Shown in pieces: positions 1-10,986 of a stretch of 30,198 bases of DNA. The position numbers and the translations under genes are program-made. Every line of letters starts with the position of its first letter. Position 1 is the first letter of the stretch. The notes beneath the pieces are model-generated. The model was not told where the DNA came from. It searched no databases and saw only the letters and a program-made list of their open reading frames with translations. The DNA is from Octopus sinensis (Eukaryota): contig NW_021832645.1 in assembly GCF_006345805.1 (NCBI RefSeq), forward strand, positions 1 through 30,198. The letters run 5' to 3'.

Positions 1-192
1 GACATCAGAACGTGGTGGTATATAATCAAGGTGGACCATGCCAAGGAAACGAATCGGTCCGCTTTATATTTCAACAGAAATACTGTCTAGAATGATATAT
101 ATGTTAAATATATTCTCTCTCCCACCTCTTTACTATCTCTGTCACACACACATATATACATATAAATATATCCAATATATGTTTATGCACAA

Positions 193-238
<46 letters not shown>

Positions 239-752
239 ATATATATTATATATGCATACCTATATACACACCCAAAACATATGTATAGTCCAACGATAAA
301 ACTCTTGGCCACTACTCCAATAACCAAATAGTATACTACATAATCTTGATTTATAGTCCCAGCACAATGATAAACTGAATTATTCAGATAGCTTTGGCTC
401 TTAGTTTAATTCAGAGTAATTTTCAAATCCTTCAAACGTATCCCCCCAAAAAACACAAACAACAACATCTTTAGAAAATTTCTAGACGTTTTATAAAAGT
501 ATTTCAGGTGTCTCACTAATAACATTTTTCATATATTTTATTGCTTTTCAAAAATGTAGCTAAACTAACTACGACCCACACCCACCATTAAAAAAAAAAA
601 AGAAGAAAAATTCGTTTCTTTGATCAAAATTTGTCTTTTATTAATAAGGTCGTGCCGAGCCCGCTTGTCTCTTAATCTATAAGATGTGTTTGTGTATATG
701 TGTAATAAGTAGTTATAAATATGCGTGTATGTATATACGCACGTATATATAA

Positions 753-792
<40 letters not shown>

Positions 793-1002
793 ATATATAT
801 ATCACGCACACACATATCATTATATATACACATTTGTATACATACATGTGCATACATATTTATCCATCTATGCACCGGCATATATTTGTATCTATGTTAC
901 ATAATATGTATATGCATGTATTTATATATACAATATGATATATATGTAGATACATATTCACATTATTTAGATATTTATATATATATACACATATTCATAG
1001 GA

Positions 1003-1044
<42 letters not shown>

Positions 1045-1565
1045 GTATGTGAGTGTTCCAATGAATATATATCATATATTATGATTGTACACACACACAA
1101 ACACACACAGACATAGTATATGTGCATATATTTATGTTACATAAATATTTGCGTGTATGTGCACATGGATGTGTTTATATACATAAAATGTATATTATTT
1201 TCCTCTTTCTTTCAGCTCATTTTCTTTTAAAATACTCCTCTCTCCTCTCTCTCTCTCTCTTTCACTTTCTTTTTCTTCCTTTTCTCCTTTTTCTTCTTTC
1301 CTGTTTTCGGCAACGAAAAAAATGGATTTTTCGATCGGTTTCTTTTGATATTTGGAGATTACTATTTCTCTTATTATGAGTATTACAAAAACCCTTAAAT
1401 ACACTGAATGTTGATAATATAAGATACATTTTTGTTTTCTCCGTATTACGAAGATCAACTTCGCGAGCTGTATACAATCGTTACAAGATTCTCGACGAAC
1501 TAAATGTGCAATCTAGTTTCGATTCACAGCTTAAGCAGCCCGAATGACAATCTCAAAGGCAATAA

Positions 1566-2323
1566 TGGTTTCAAATTTTGCCACAAGGGCAGCAATTTTG
1601 CAGGAGGGGATGAGTCGATTACATCGACCCCAGTTTTTAACTGGTACTTATTTTATCGACCCTGAAAAGATGAAAGGTAAAGTCGACCTCAGAACGTACC
1701 AACGGAGGAAATATCTATTTCTTTACTACCCACAAGGGGCTAAACACAGAGAGGGCAAACAAGGACAGACAAACGGATTAAGTCGATTATATCGACCCAA
1801 GTGCGTAACTGGTACTTATTTAATCGACCCCGAAAGGACGAAAGGCAAAGGTGACCTCGGCGGAATTTGAACTCAGAACGTAGCGGCAGACGAAATACTT
1901 ATTTCTTTACGACCCATAAGGAGCTAAACACAGAGAGGACAAACAAGTATAGACAAACAGATTAAGTCGATCATATCGACACCAGTGAGTAACTGGTACT
2001 TATTTAATCGACCCCGAAAGGATGAAAGGGAAAGTCGACCCCGGCTGAATTTGAACCCAGAACAGTAACGGCAGACAAAATACCTATTTCTATTTCTTTA
2101 TTACCCACAAGGGGCTAAACATAGAGGGGACAAACAAGGACAGACATAGGTATTAAGTCGATTACATCGACCCCAGTGTGTAACTGGTACTTAATTTATC
2201 GACCCCGAAAGGATGAAAGGCAAAGTCGACCACGGCGGAATTTGAACTCAGAACGTAACGGCAGACGAAATACCGCTAAGCATTTCTCCCGGCGCGCTAA
2301 CGTGTCTGCCAGCTCGCCGCCTT
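1566..2323 (-). mobile_element. tRNA-derived SINE family A, multimer (one head, four core units)
   Basis: Minus strand starts AAGGCGGCGAGCTGGCAGA. The core GTCGAC(T)TTGCCTTTCATCCTTTCGGGGTCGAT(A/T)AA..AAGTACCAGTT recurs four times at ~185-bp spacing, three times with the B-box GTTCAAATTC. The same family occurs at 13705, 15110, 23579 and 24199. Confidence 0.9.
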
Positions 2324-2545
2324 ATCTCAAGCGTAATAATGTTTCAAGTTCCCACTTTTTTTCCATCCGCTTAAACCCCAGATTTCACACGTCTATTTCA
2401 TAAGTGTCACTTTGCTCCACAAAATGTGTATGATGAGCATTGTTATCACCATGGTCATGCTTATATACGACTTCTCTGTTGCTAAATATATTCAAAACTA
2501 ATCTTTCTCGATATAAGATGTACGTCTGTTACAGGTAATGTGAGT

Positions 2546-2668
2546 TTTAAATTTTGGCACAATACCAGTAAAATTCGGGGGAGTGAGTAAATCGTTTGCA
2601 ACTGGTATTTATTTTATCGAACCTGAAAAGAACAAAGGCAAAACTGACCTTGGTGCAATTTGAATTCA
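2546..2668 (-). mobile_element. Degenerate SINE family A fragment
   Basis: ACTGGTATTTATTTTATCG..CCTGAAAAGA..AAAGGCAAAACTGACCTTGG..AATTTGAA matches the family A core in reverse. Confidence 0.65.
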
Positions 2669-2789
2669 TCAAGTTTTGTAATTTATTTATTTCATAAGCA
2701 CCGGAATAAAAACATGTGAATTTCTATCTAGCCGTAGAGGAAACAACCAGCAGCAGAACGTATGACAAGGGGTAACAACATGAACCGTG

Positions 2790-3321
2790 GAGGCGCAATG
2801 GCCCAGTGGTTAGGGCAGTGGACTCGTGTCGTAAGAATGCGGTTTCGATACCCAGACTGGGCATTGTCAGTGTTTATTGAGCAAAAATGCCTAAGCTCTA
2901 CGAGGCTCTGGCCCGGAGGGGTGGTGAACCCCGCTGTACTCTTTCGCCCTACTTCTTCGACAAAGCAGAGGAACCATGGTGTAACCCACTATGGTGTGGT
3001 AAACTTTCAGATCCTATTCTAGAATTGCGAATCCTCTGTACCCCAGGATGGTTCAGCTCTCCACCTGTTAAAAGCCACCGTTTACGGAATGAGGATAACA
3101 ACGTAGCTTTCGCGCCCGTGCAACAGCCAGTCTATTGCGTGTGGTGGGTGGATCGTCAAGTTGCTACATGCATTCTTAGTAGCTTAGAGTAGGCTCGAAT
3201 TAGAGATTATTCCTTGTAGCTAATGGCGTGAGTCCTGATTGGAAGAAGAAGAAGAAGAAGAGAAGAGAAGAAGAAGAAGAAGAAGAAGAAGAAGAAGAAG
3301 AAGAAGAAGAAGAAGAAGAAG
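2790..3321 (+). mobile_element. tRNA-derived SINE family C, apparently full length, with (GAA)n tail and TSD
   Basis: A-box TGGCCCAGTGG and B-box-like GGTTTCGATACC; (GAA)n tail at ~3242-3321; flanking direct repeat ACATGAACCGTG (2778-2789) / ACATCAACCGTG (3322-3333). Confidence 0.85.
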
Positions 3322-3500
3322 ACATCAACCGTGATCCTGTTGCGATGGATTCAATTGTGTGTCTCTGTTTATATTGATCGCAGTATATATAAGACAAGAA
3401 AAAAAAAACAGACGAGTCCATATAAAACTTATACATGCCATGTGACTGGCGGGTTTTAATTACTTAAACAAATATAACTGCTTATATAATCTCATAAGTA

Positions 3501-3650
3501 TGTGGCCATGCTGGGGCATCGCCTTGAAGAAATTCTAGTCGAATAAGTCGACCCCAGTACATCTTTTAAAGCCTGGTACATATTCTATCGGTCTATTTTA
3601 CAGAACCGCTAAGAAACGGGAACGTAAACACACCACCACCGGTTGTCAAG
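3501..3650 (-). mobile_element. SINE family B, 3' fragment
   Basis: TGTGGCCATGCTGG...GAACCGCTAAG...CGTAAACACACCA..CGGTTGTCAAG matches the copy at 8470-8918. Confidence 0.75.
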
Positions 3651-3744
3651 AAGAGAGAAGCACTGACAGAAAGACACACACATATATATGTATGTAGATA
3701 TGTGTGTGTATACACACATACGTGTGTGTGTGTGTGTGTGGTGG

Positions 3745-3934
3745 ATTGTTGGCGATTTTTTTCCCTCCGTTCTTTTCTTCTTTTGGACTTTCCTCTGTCT
3801 CCTGTTTCTGAAGAAGGGCTTTGCTCGAAACGTAAAATAACCTTTCTTTCCTTCCCTGAGCGTCTTATTAATACTTTGCATTTACCACGTTCTCGTGTTA
3901 TTTTTTCTTATCTTTTTTCTCTGCTTATTTTAAT

Positions 3935-3938
<4 letters not shown>
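3745..3938 (+). mobile_element. Short hammerhead-bearing repeat, family D (Penelope-associated or retrozyme-like)
   Basis: Reverse-complement similarity to 10560-10737 and 11033-11237; carries a hammerhead core; ends TTAAC directly at a (TA)n tract. Confidence 0.7.
3803..3839 (+). ncRNA. Minimal type I hammerhead ribozyme motif
   Basis: Stem I TGTTT/AAATA; CTGAAGA 3808-3814 plus one extra A; stem II GGGC-TTT-GCTC; GAAA 3827-3830; then C and the GTA triplet. Predicted cut after 3834. Confidence 0.7.
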
Positions 3939-3968
<30 letters not shown>

Positions 3969-3970
<2 letters not shown>

Positions 3971-4355
3971 AATAAAAAAAGCAACAGAATGGATCAATAT
4001 ATCGGTACAATTGTTTCGTACGAGGACATCTTTAATAAAGCTACAAAAATTGCAGTAAATATAGGTGGCTCGTACTCATCAGCCAAAAAACTCAGAGATT
4101 CTCAAACAATCAAAAGGGGTAATGTTACACTTATGAAACATCATGGAAATTCTATAAAAATGAGAATTTAGATAACATATTGGTTTTTTAAGAGTTCAAT
4201 TAGTATTATACAGGTTATTAAAAAGTTTTTTCAAAACATCCTAGTTTTCCAGAGAGTGAAGATACAAATGAGGTGTGAGTTTAACTGCATTGAAGAAAGT
4301 TCGATTCCTGGAGATCCGATGAAGGTCTTAAACTTACAGAATATGGTGCTTGTCC
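3969..4355 (-). mobile_element. Hammerhead-bearing segment between two (TA)n tracts (family E, single copy in window)
   Basis: Non-repetitive 387 bp bounded on both sides by (TA)n (3939-3968 and 4356-4446), with a hammerhead motif near its minus-strand 3' end. Confidence 0.55.
4002..4086 (-). ncRNA. Type I hammerhead ribozyme motif with long stem II insert
   Basis: Minus strand reads TTGG-CTGATGA-GTACGAG-(44 nt)-CTCGTAC-GAAA-C-AATT-GTA-CCGA. All core residues are present, stem II is a perfect 7 bp, stem I is 4 bp, and the stem III region ACAATTGT is palindromic. Confidence 0.85.
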
Positions 4356-4391
4356 ATATATATATTATATATATATATATTATATATATAT

Positions 4392-4439
<48 letters not shown>

Positions 4440-4805
4440 ATATATAGATACATTATAATATCAATTAACAACTATGTATAAGTAAAATATTAAAATATAC
4501 CAATAAATACTATCAGAATCGAGATACATGAATTTAAACGCAAAAGCTGACTTGTATATATGGGTATGCATATAACTACATATGTGTGTGTGTCTGTGTG
4601 AGTCTACACATATACATGTATTGGCGTGTGCCTGTGTGTAAGTTTATGTGTACGTGTGTGTATGTGAGTGTGTGTGCCTGTCTCCATGTGTGTACGGATG
4701 CCTGGATCTATGTATGTATCTATATGTATGTGTATGGATATAGGTATGTATATGTATATATACATAGACATGTGTGTGTGTATTTATGTATGTATATATA
4801 TATAT

Positions 4806-4823
4806 GTGTGTGTGTATGTGTGC

Positions 4824-4859
<36 letters not shown>

Positions 4860-4902
4860 ATGTATGTATGTATGTATGTATGTATGTATGTATGTATGTA
4901 TG

Positions 4903-4950
<48 letters not shown>
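4806..4950. repeat. Compound microsatellite (TG)n(TATG)n(TATC)n
   Basis: Direct reading. Confidence 0.95.
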
Positions 4951-4951
<1 letters not shown>

Positions 4952-5260
4952 GTTGCCTTCTTAAAGCACATATTTCCCTACATCTTCCAGAAACTTTCTG
5001 GGAATACCAGTCATAGAATAATTGCGAATATTATGTCGTTTGATTTACGAACCATTTAATTTACTCCTTTTCGCTTCAGCCCTTTTACATTTCTTGTTTA
5101 ATAATCCGTTTACTAATCCGTTAACTAATCCATTATCGTATCTTTTAGTTGCTTCTGTTACTGGGCTTTCTGCGAGACCGCTTTCAAGGTTTTCCGTCGA
5201 AGGAATCTACCTATTGTTTAGTCAGGTTCTTATGTCATCAGACTCTTATGAAGAACAGCT

Positions 5261-5450
5261 AGTTTACGGAAACGAACCCACATCGGTTTTCAAGCAGTGT
5301 GTGTGTGCGTGTGTGTGTGTGTATACGAACGGGTTTTTTCAGTTCCCGTTTATCAAATCCACTTGCAAGGCTTTGGTTGACCCAAAGCTATAGAACACAC
5401 TCATTGAAGGTGTCACGCAGTGGAGAAAAACCCAGGATTATGTGACTGGG
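5261..5450 (-). mobile_element. Degenerate SINE family B fragment
   Basis: TTTCAGTTCCCGTTTATCAAATCCACT..CAAGGCTTTGGTTGACCC and CACGCAGTGG match family B. Confidence 0.7.
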
Positions 5451-6303
5451 TTTAGTCTACATTAACAAAAGAGAAAAATAGACTATTCTCTGCTACTTAA
5501 ACAGACTGCATTGGAGTTTAACTGTTTTTAAGTCACATGTAAGTTCTTGCTGTGTGTTAAATTGTTGACACATTCATCAGGTCGTACTCTGTTCAAGCTA
5601 CTACAATGTGTTGATCGCTGCAACCAAAGGTAAAAAAGAAAAGATTCTTTATCGCAGACAATAAAGTAGTGAGAGACAATAATGGAAAAGAGTGCAAATT
5701 GAGATAATTTCCTCATTATCTTAATTCCTCCACCGAAGCAAGTAAATATCAATAATTAAGAAAAGAAACACCCCTACCTCACATTTCACACTTTACACAG
5801 AATCCAAACTGCCTGTCTCTTGTTTCTATATTCAAACAGAAGGTCGGCGTTGTTTGGAAGGTGGATTCAAATTTCTCTCAGCTCGAATAATTTACAATAC
5901 TATTTGTGATTGAATTAAACACTAGGCAAAAACTTTAATCAATTTATAACGGCTTTATTTAAGAGTAAATTGGGTGTGCTGGATGCACATGGAAATCGTA
6001 CAGGTCTACCGCATCTTTTTACCCTCATGCTATCTTTTACAGATGCAACTGCCTGCTGATTATAACACCTCAATTGCAAGAGAAATTAAGTATTTGAGAA
6101 TAATGAAAACTGCAGCTGCAATTGGTTGCAATAATAGCCGTTAGTGTTAAATATTTAAGCGTACTTGTTAATTCGGTATTTAGTCGTAATAATAATATAC
6201 GTTGCAGCTGGATGGGAAAACCTTTTACCAAACTGTTCTATTGAAATCATTAATTTCGTCTTGGCACCTGGGCACCTGTGCTCCATTGCGCGCGCACACA
6301 CAA

Positions 6304-6343
<40 letters not shown>

Positions 6344-6527
6344 CAACACAACAACAACAACAACACAACACACACACACACACACACAGACGCACACACT
6401 CATACACATGTATTCGTGTCTATAAATATGCGTGCACAAATTATATATATGTGTGTGTGTGTGTGTATGTATGTAAATATATAATATATATTGTGTGTGT
6501 TTAATGTATATATTTAATATGCGTATA

Positions 6528-6579
<52 letters not shown>

Positions 6580-6844
6580 AATAATGAGGGAGATAAATTA
6601 ATATTAATTTTAATATCAATTTAAAACCAGTAGTCTAGCATACAAAAAATCTGAGAAGTCAGAGAAAATTCTAATATACGTGTATATTGGCAGGGCAAGA
6701 CTGCTAGGTAGTCGGCCGTATGCTAGAAATAGATCATCAACGATCAAACTACAAAGGAATTCTCTAGAGGAAAAATTCAGCGAACACCAGAACCAAATTT
6801 GGCGGCAGGACAGATGAAAATTTATATAAAAAAAACAAATTAAA

Positions 6845-6885
<41 letters not shown>

Positions 6886-6935
6886 TATACACACATACAT
6901 ACATATATATATATACACACACACACATATACATA

Positions 6936-7301
6936 TTCTTTCATTTGTCGAGTCGTGAACTGGAGCAATGTTATGACGTGTTTAGTCTATCAAATCTATC
7001 CAATAATTATTTTCGAAGTTTACTTATTTTATCCGAGACTTACCACCGAATTGCTAGTACTGACGGATATAAACAAGCCAACATTAATTGTTAAGTAATG
7101 GAATTCAAAAACAAAGACGCATACACACACATATATTTATACGCGATGTGATACCGCACAGTTTAAGTTTACGAGATTCAAAGGCGTTGGTTGATCAGAG
7201 GCTATGGAAGAAGATATTTGCCCAAGGTGCTGCGCAGTGGGACTAAATTCGAAATAATGTGTTTGCGAAATGAACTGCAAACCAGAATGCCATGCCTGCA
7301 C
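6936..7301 (-). mobile_element. Old, diverged SINE family B copy
   Basis: GAAGATATTTGCCCAAGGTGCTGCGCAGTGGGACT and flanking family B motifs. Confidence 0.65.
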
Positions 7302-7924
7302 TAACACACACACATACACACACACACATATACATATGCCTATATATGTGTGTTAGTGTATGTATGTATGTATGTATGTACGTATATGCATGTATGTATG
7401 TATAGTATACTTGTCTGCAGGAACAAGCTGTCTCTATGGCTTGACACGCTGTACACGGCTGCTCAGATTCATGCGATAAGCATTCCTCGTGACTGCTGCA
7501 AGAAAATCATGTACAAGGCGGTTATTCCAGCGTACTGCAGTTCTAAATAGTTAACACTACGTAGAGCGGTTCCTGTGGTGTCTGAGTGTGGAAGAAATAT
7601 GTTTCATGAGAGAAAGAGAAACATGTGAGCCTGGAGTTTCTGAGCTGAGTTTGCATGAGATTAATAAATCCCGAAGAACTGTAGTTATCGTAACTACGAC
7701 AAAAAAAAAAAAAAAAATAGAAAGAAAGAAAGAAAAACAGTCAGAGATAGGAAATAGCAGATGTAGATTTTCCCTTGATACAGTCTACGATGTCTGTGTG
7801 TGCATCAGCAGGTTTGTTGTTCTAGTTGAAAGTTTAATCAGTGCGGTGGAGAAGATTTATAGCTGTGAACACGAATTCTTTTCTGGTGCGAAAAAACGCC
7901 AATATTTAAAATTGAGTCCATGCT

Positions 7925-8174
7925 CATCGTCATTGTTCGACCGTGGTCGAGACAATGGAATTTACTATTCTACGCCAGACTTCACGGTCCATCATAGCAT
8001 TACGGAGGTCCCCGTTGCTGGATGCCTGTATCCCTAGAGATAACATCAGGGTAGGAGAGTGTGCGCCTTCTGGTATCGCGAGCAGACGGCTTCCAGAGGA
8101 GAAGAGCAGAAATTACCTCGTTTTCAACTCTACAACAATGTCCAGCAAACTTGACTCTTCTACCTTTCACAAGA
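7925..8174 (-). mobile_element. 5'-truncated RTE-clade LINE 3' end with TSD
   Basis: RRVKFAGHCCR...LLLWKP...SYPDVISRDTG, a frameshift, then AMMDREVWRRIV, typical of an RTE ORF2 C-terminus. Short TGACGATG tail. Perfect 11-bp TSD GAGTCCATGCT at 7914-7924 and 8175-8185. Confidence 0.88.
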
Positions 8175-8469
8175 GAGTCCATGCTACATTAAGTGTGTTT
8201 ATGTGCATGTTCTTCGGGAGCAATTTTTAGTGACTATAAAGGACAACAATTACAGCAACGATGTATGTTTTTGCTGCAGGCTGGTCATGTTTACGTAGAA
8301 ATGTGTAGTAATTTTGTGCCGGTTCCGCTGACGGAGACAACATTAGTATGATTTCATTATAGGATATCCTTAAAGACTCTATCATGGAACAATTGCAAAC
8401 GTAACTTGATGTCATCACGTAGTACAAGGACGATGCCCGAGTATGAAAGGCCTAGGAAGAACGAAGATT

Positions 8470-8918
8470 ACTCTTTTACTCTTTTACTTGTTTCAGTCAT
8501 TTGACTGCGGCCATGCTGGAGCACAGCCTTTAGTCGAGCAAATCGACCCCAGGACTTAGTCTTTGTAAGCCTAGTACTTATTCTACTGGTCTCGTTTGCC
8601 GAACCGCTAAGTTACGAGGACGTAAACACACCAGCATCGGTTGTCAAGCGATGTTGGTGGTGAAGGTACAAACATAGACACACAAACATATACACACACC
8701 TACAAATACATACACACACACATACACACACACACACACATATATATATTATATATGATGGGCTTCTTTTAGTTTCCGTCTACCAAATCCACTCACAAGG
8801 CTTTGGTCGGCCCGAGACTATAGTAGAAGTCACTTGCCCAAGGTGCCGCGCAGTGAGACTGAACCTAGAACCATGTGGTTGGTAAGCAAGCTACTTACCA
8901 TACAGCCACTCCTGCGCC
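8470..8918 (-). mobile_element. tRNA-derived SINE family B (CORE-like), full length, internal microsatellite
   Basis: Head GGCGCAGGAGTGGCTGTATGG, B-box-like GGTTCAGTCTC, CORE-like CACCTTGGGCAAGTGACTT, internal (TA)/(TG) tract, (AGTAAAAG)n tail. Confidence 0.9.
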
Positions 8919-9507
8919 TATTGTGGGGAGTTTTCAGAGATACACTCAGATATATGCACAAGATGTATGTCTATGGTCTTTAGAAGGAAGAGTTTAACGG
9001 ATAAATCCGAAACATAGTGAAGCAAAGGATTGCTAAAATTTTGGTCAGAGAAGGCTCCGCAAGTACACATTACATGCCACGAATGTATGGCCTGCCGGCG
9101 AGGGGAGGGGGCACGGATATAAGATACGAGAGATGAATGTGGTTCATTGACAAGCAGTTTAGCCAGGATGTTCCCGTGCCACACACGACCGAAAGCTTTT
9201 CTAATGTCGGGAGTAACAAGACTATTTTCAAGAAATTTTACGAGAACAACAGACACTAATCAGTGACATAGAAGTATATACGCCTTCAGCAGATCAGCTT
9301 TTTCGAAAACCATAATGGTGCTCATTAAGAAAGAAGAGACAGATTCAGGATGCTGTGGAAGGTTGTTCTTAAAGACTTTCTTTCACCTCTGCGAGAGTTG
9401 GAAAGGAATGTGATAAAACGATAATTGATAGTACCAGAGGCTCCACTCTTTAAGAATGTGATAAACACCACTGCCTTTGTAAAGGTAGATATATATATAC
9501 CTGCAGA

Positions 9508-10020
9508 ATGAGAGAAGTAGAGAGAGAGAGAGAGATAAAGAGAAAGGGAAAAGACAGAAAGAGAAAGAGAAAGAGAAAGAGGGAGAGTGAGGGAAAGAGA
9601 AAGAGAGAGTGTGGTAGAGAGGGAGAGAAATAGAAAGGGTGTGAAAGAGGAAGAGAGAAAGAAAAGGGTGAAGAGAGGGAAAGAGAGAAAGAGAGAAAAA
9701 GGGTGCCAGAGAGGAAGAGGTAGAGAGAGAAAGAGAGAGAGAAAGAGAATAACAGAGAGACAGAAAGAGAAAGAGAGACAGAAAGAGTGAGGGAAAGAGA
9801 AAGAGAGAGTGTGGCAGAGAGGGAAAGAAAGAGAAAGGGTGAAAGAGGGAGAGAAGAAGAAAAAGGTGACATAGAGGGAAAGAGAGAAAGAGAAAAAAAG
9901 GGTGCCCGAGAGGAAGAGGTAGAGAGAGAAAGAGAGTGACAGAAAGGGAGAGAGAGTGAAAGAGAGAAAAAGAGAGAGAAAGACAGACAGACAGACAGAC
10001 AGACTGACAGATAGGGAACA
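9508..10020. repeat. Purine-rich GA tract with internal ~200-bp duplication
   Basis: GAGTGAGGGAAAGAGAAAGAGAGAGTGTGG at 9585 and 9785; GGGTGCC at 9701 and 9900. Confidence 0.9.
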
Positions 10021-10513
10021 GCAAAGAGATATTGAAGTGTTTAGTGAAGTTAGAGAATATTTAAGGTAATAGAAAGAATATTCTCAATTTCATTGATTAG
10101 ATGCTTGCCTTGTTGCTTTTGCAATTAGTGTGTATAGGTCTGCGGGGGTGAGCTTGTTGAAGCAAAATCGAATAATTTGGGAGTAAGAAATGAAGTATGA
10201 AGTTGAACGCTTATAAGAAGAGGATATCGAATGAGGAGGCTTGCCGATCTTTGATTCTCTGATGAAGGGGCAATAAACACTAAAACTAATCAGAACTGGC
10301 CTCGTTTACTCAAGGATACAGAAACGGAGGGAAAAAAGTTTATAGTTGGGATCTGTTTTTCAAGATAGGATTAATATCTACTTTTTCCAAAAAGAATAAC
10401 AAACCACTCTACCTTGCAGTCAATATACTCTGTATTTGATGCTGTTAATTATAACGATTTCTAAGAAGTAGTTATGAGTATCGCTAGGCGTAAACGAAAT
10501 GCTAATACATACG

Positions 10514-10559
<46 letters not shown>

Positions 10560-10563
<4 letters not shown>

Positions 10564-10737
10564 ATCCAAACATGAACAACGAGAAAACACGACAACGCGA
10601 GGACGTGGAACAAATATAGTGTTATTGGAGGCTCAGGAAAGAAGGATTTAACGTTTCGAGCGGAGCTTTTCGTCAGAAACATAGAAAAAGGAAAGGTCCA
10701 AGGAAGGGAAGACGGAGAAAGAAAATCACCAACGATA
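10560..10737 (-). mobile_element. Family D hammerhead-bearing repeat
   Basis: Clearly alignable with 11033-11237; abuts (TA)n at 10518-10559. Confidence 0.75.
10646..10680 (-). ncRNA. Minimal hammerhead motif (stem II closing pair mutated)
   Basis: Minus strand GTTT-CTGACGA-A-AAGC-TCC-GCTC-GAAA-C-GTT-AAAT. Confidence 0.6.
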
Positions 10738-10986
10738 GTCATTTGACTGTGGCCATGCTGGAGCACTATCAGTTGTCAAGCAATGGTGGTGGGAGACAAA
10801 TACAGACACACAAACGCATATTTATACGACGGGTTTCTTTCGCTTTCCGTCTACCAAATATTACCCCCTAGGCTTTGGTCGGCCCGTGGCTATACTAGAA
10901 GACACTTGCCAAAGGTGTCAGGCAAAACTAAACTCGGAACCATGTGGTTGGGAAGCAAATTACTTACCACACAGCCTCATATGCAT
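10737..10986 (-). mobile_element. SINE family B, internally deleted
   Basis: AGTCATTTGACTGTGGCCATGCTGGAGCAC joined to ATCAGTTGTCAAG; head ACTTACCACACAGCC. Confidence 0.8.

Larger units (their letters stand above)
7470..10200 (-). mobile_element. Heavily decayed CR1/Jockey-group LINE ORF2 (RT) relic with later insertions
   Basis: Minus-strand motifs in the expected order across frameshifts: NYRFITFLS (~9405-9430, cf. NYRPISLLS), HHYGFRKS (~9298-9321, cf. QYGFR), DIRKAFGRVWHGNILAKL (ORF 8918-9256, cf. DISKAFDRVWHxxLLxKL), FRTAVRWN (~7525-7548, cf. FxRTxxxWN). Boundaries are approximate. Confidence 0.7.

Noticed and set aside
1566-2323. CRISPR-like array or satellite
   Set aside because: Units are ~185-bp SINE segments without unique spacers, the context is eukaryotic, and there are no cas genes.
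2790-2850. tRNA gene calls for SINE heads (also 16770-16830 and family B heads)
   Set aside because: A and B boxes are present, but no complete cloverleaf was seen and each continues into a SINE body.
4230-4355. Penelope endonuclease C-terminus on the minus strand (APYSVSLR...LQE)
   Set aside because: The expected CxLC motif is absent; too weak to call.
5195-5250. Minus-strand CTGATGA...TAAAC hammerhead-like string
   Set aside because: No convincing stem II, and GAAA is absent.
5545-5585. Minus-strand CTGATGA followed by a hairpin (TGTGTCAA/TTAACACA)
   Set aside because: No GAAA or stem III after the hairpin. The same failure applies to the CTGAGGA hits near 23895 and 28395.
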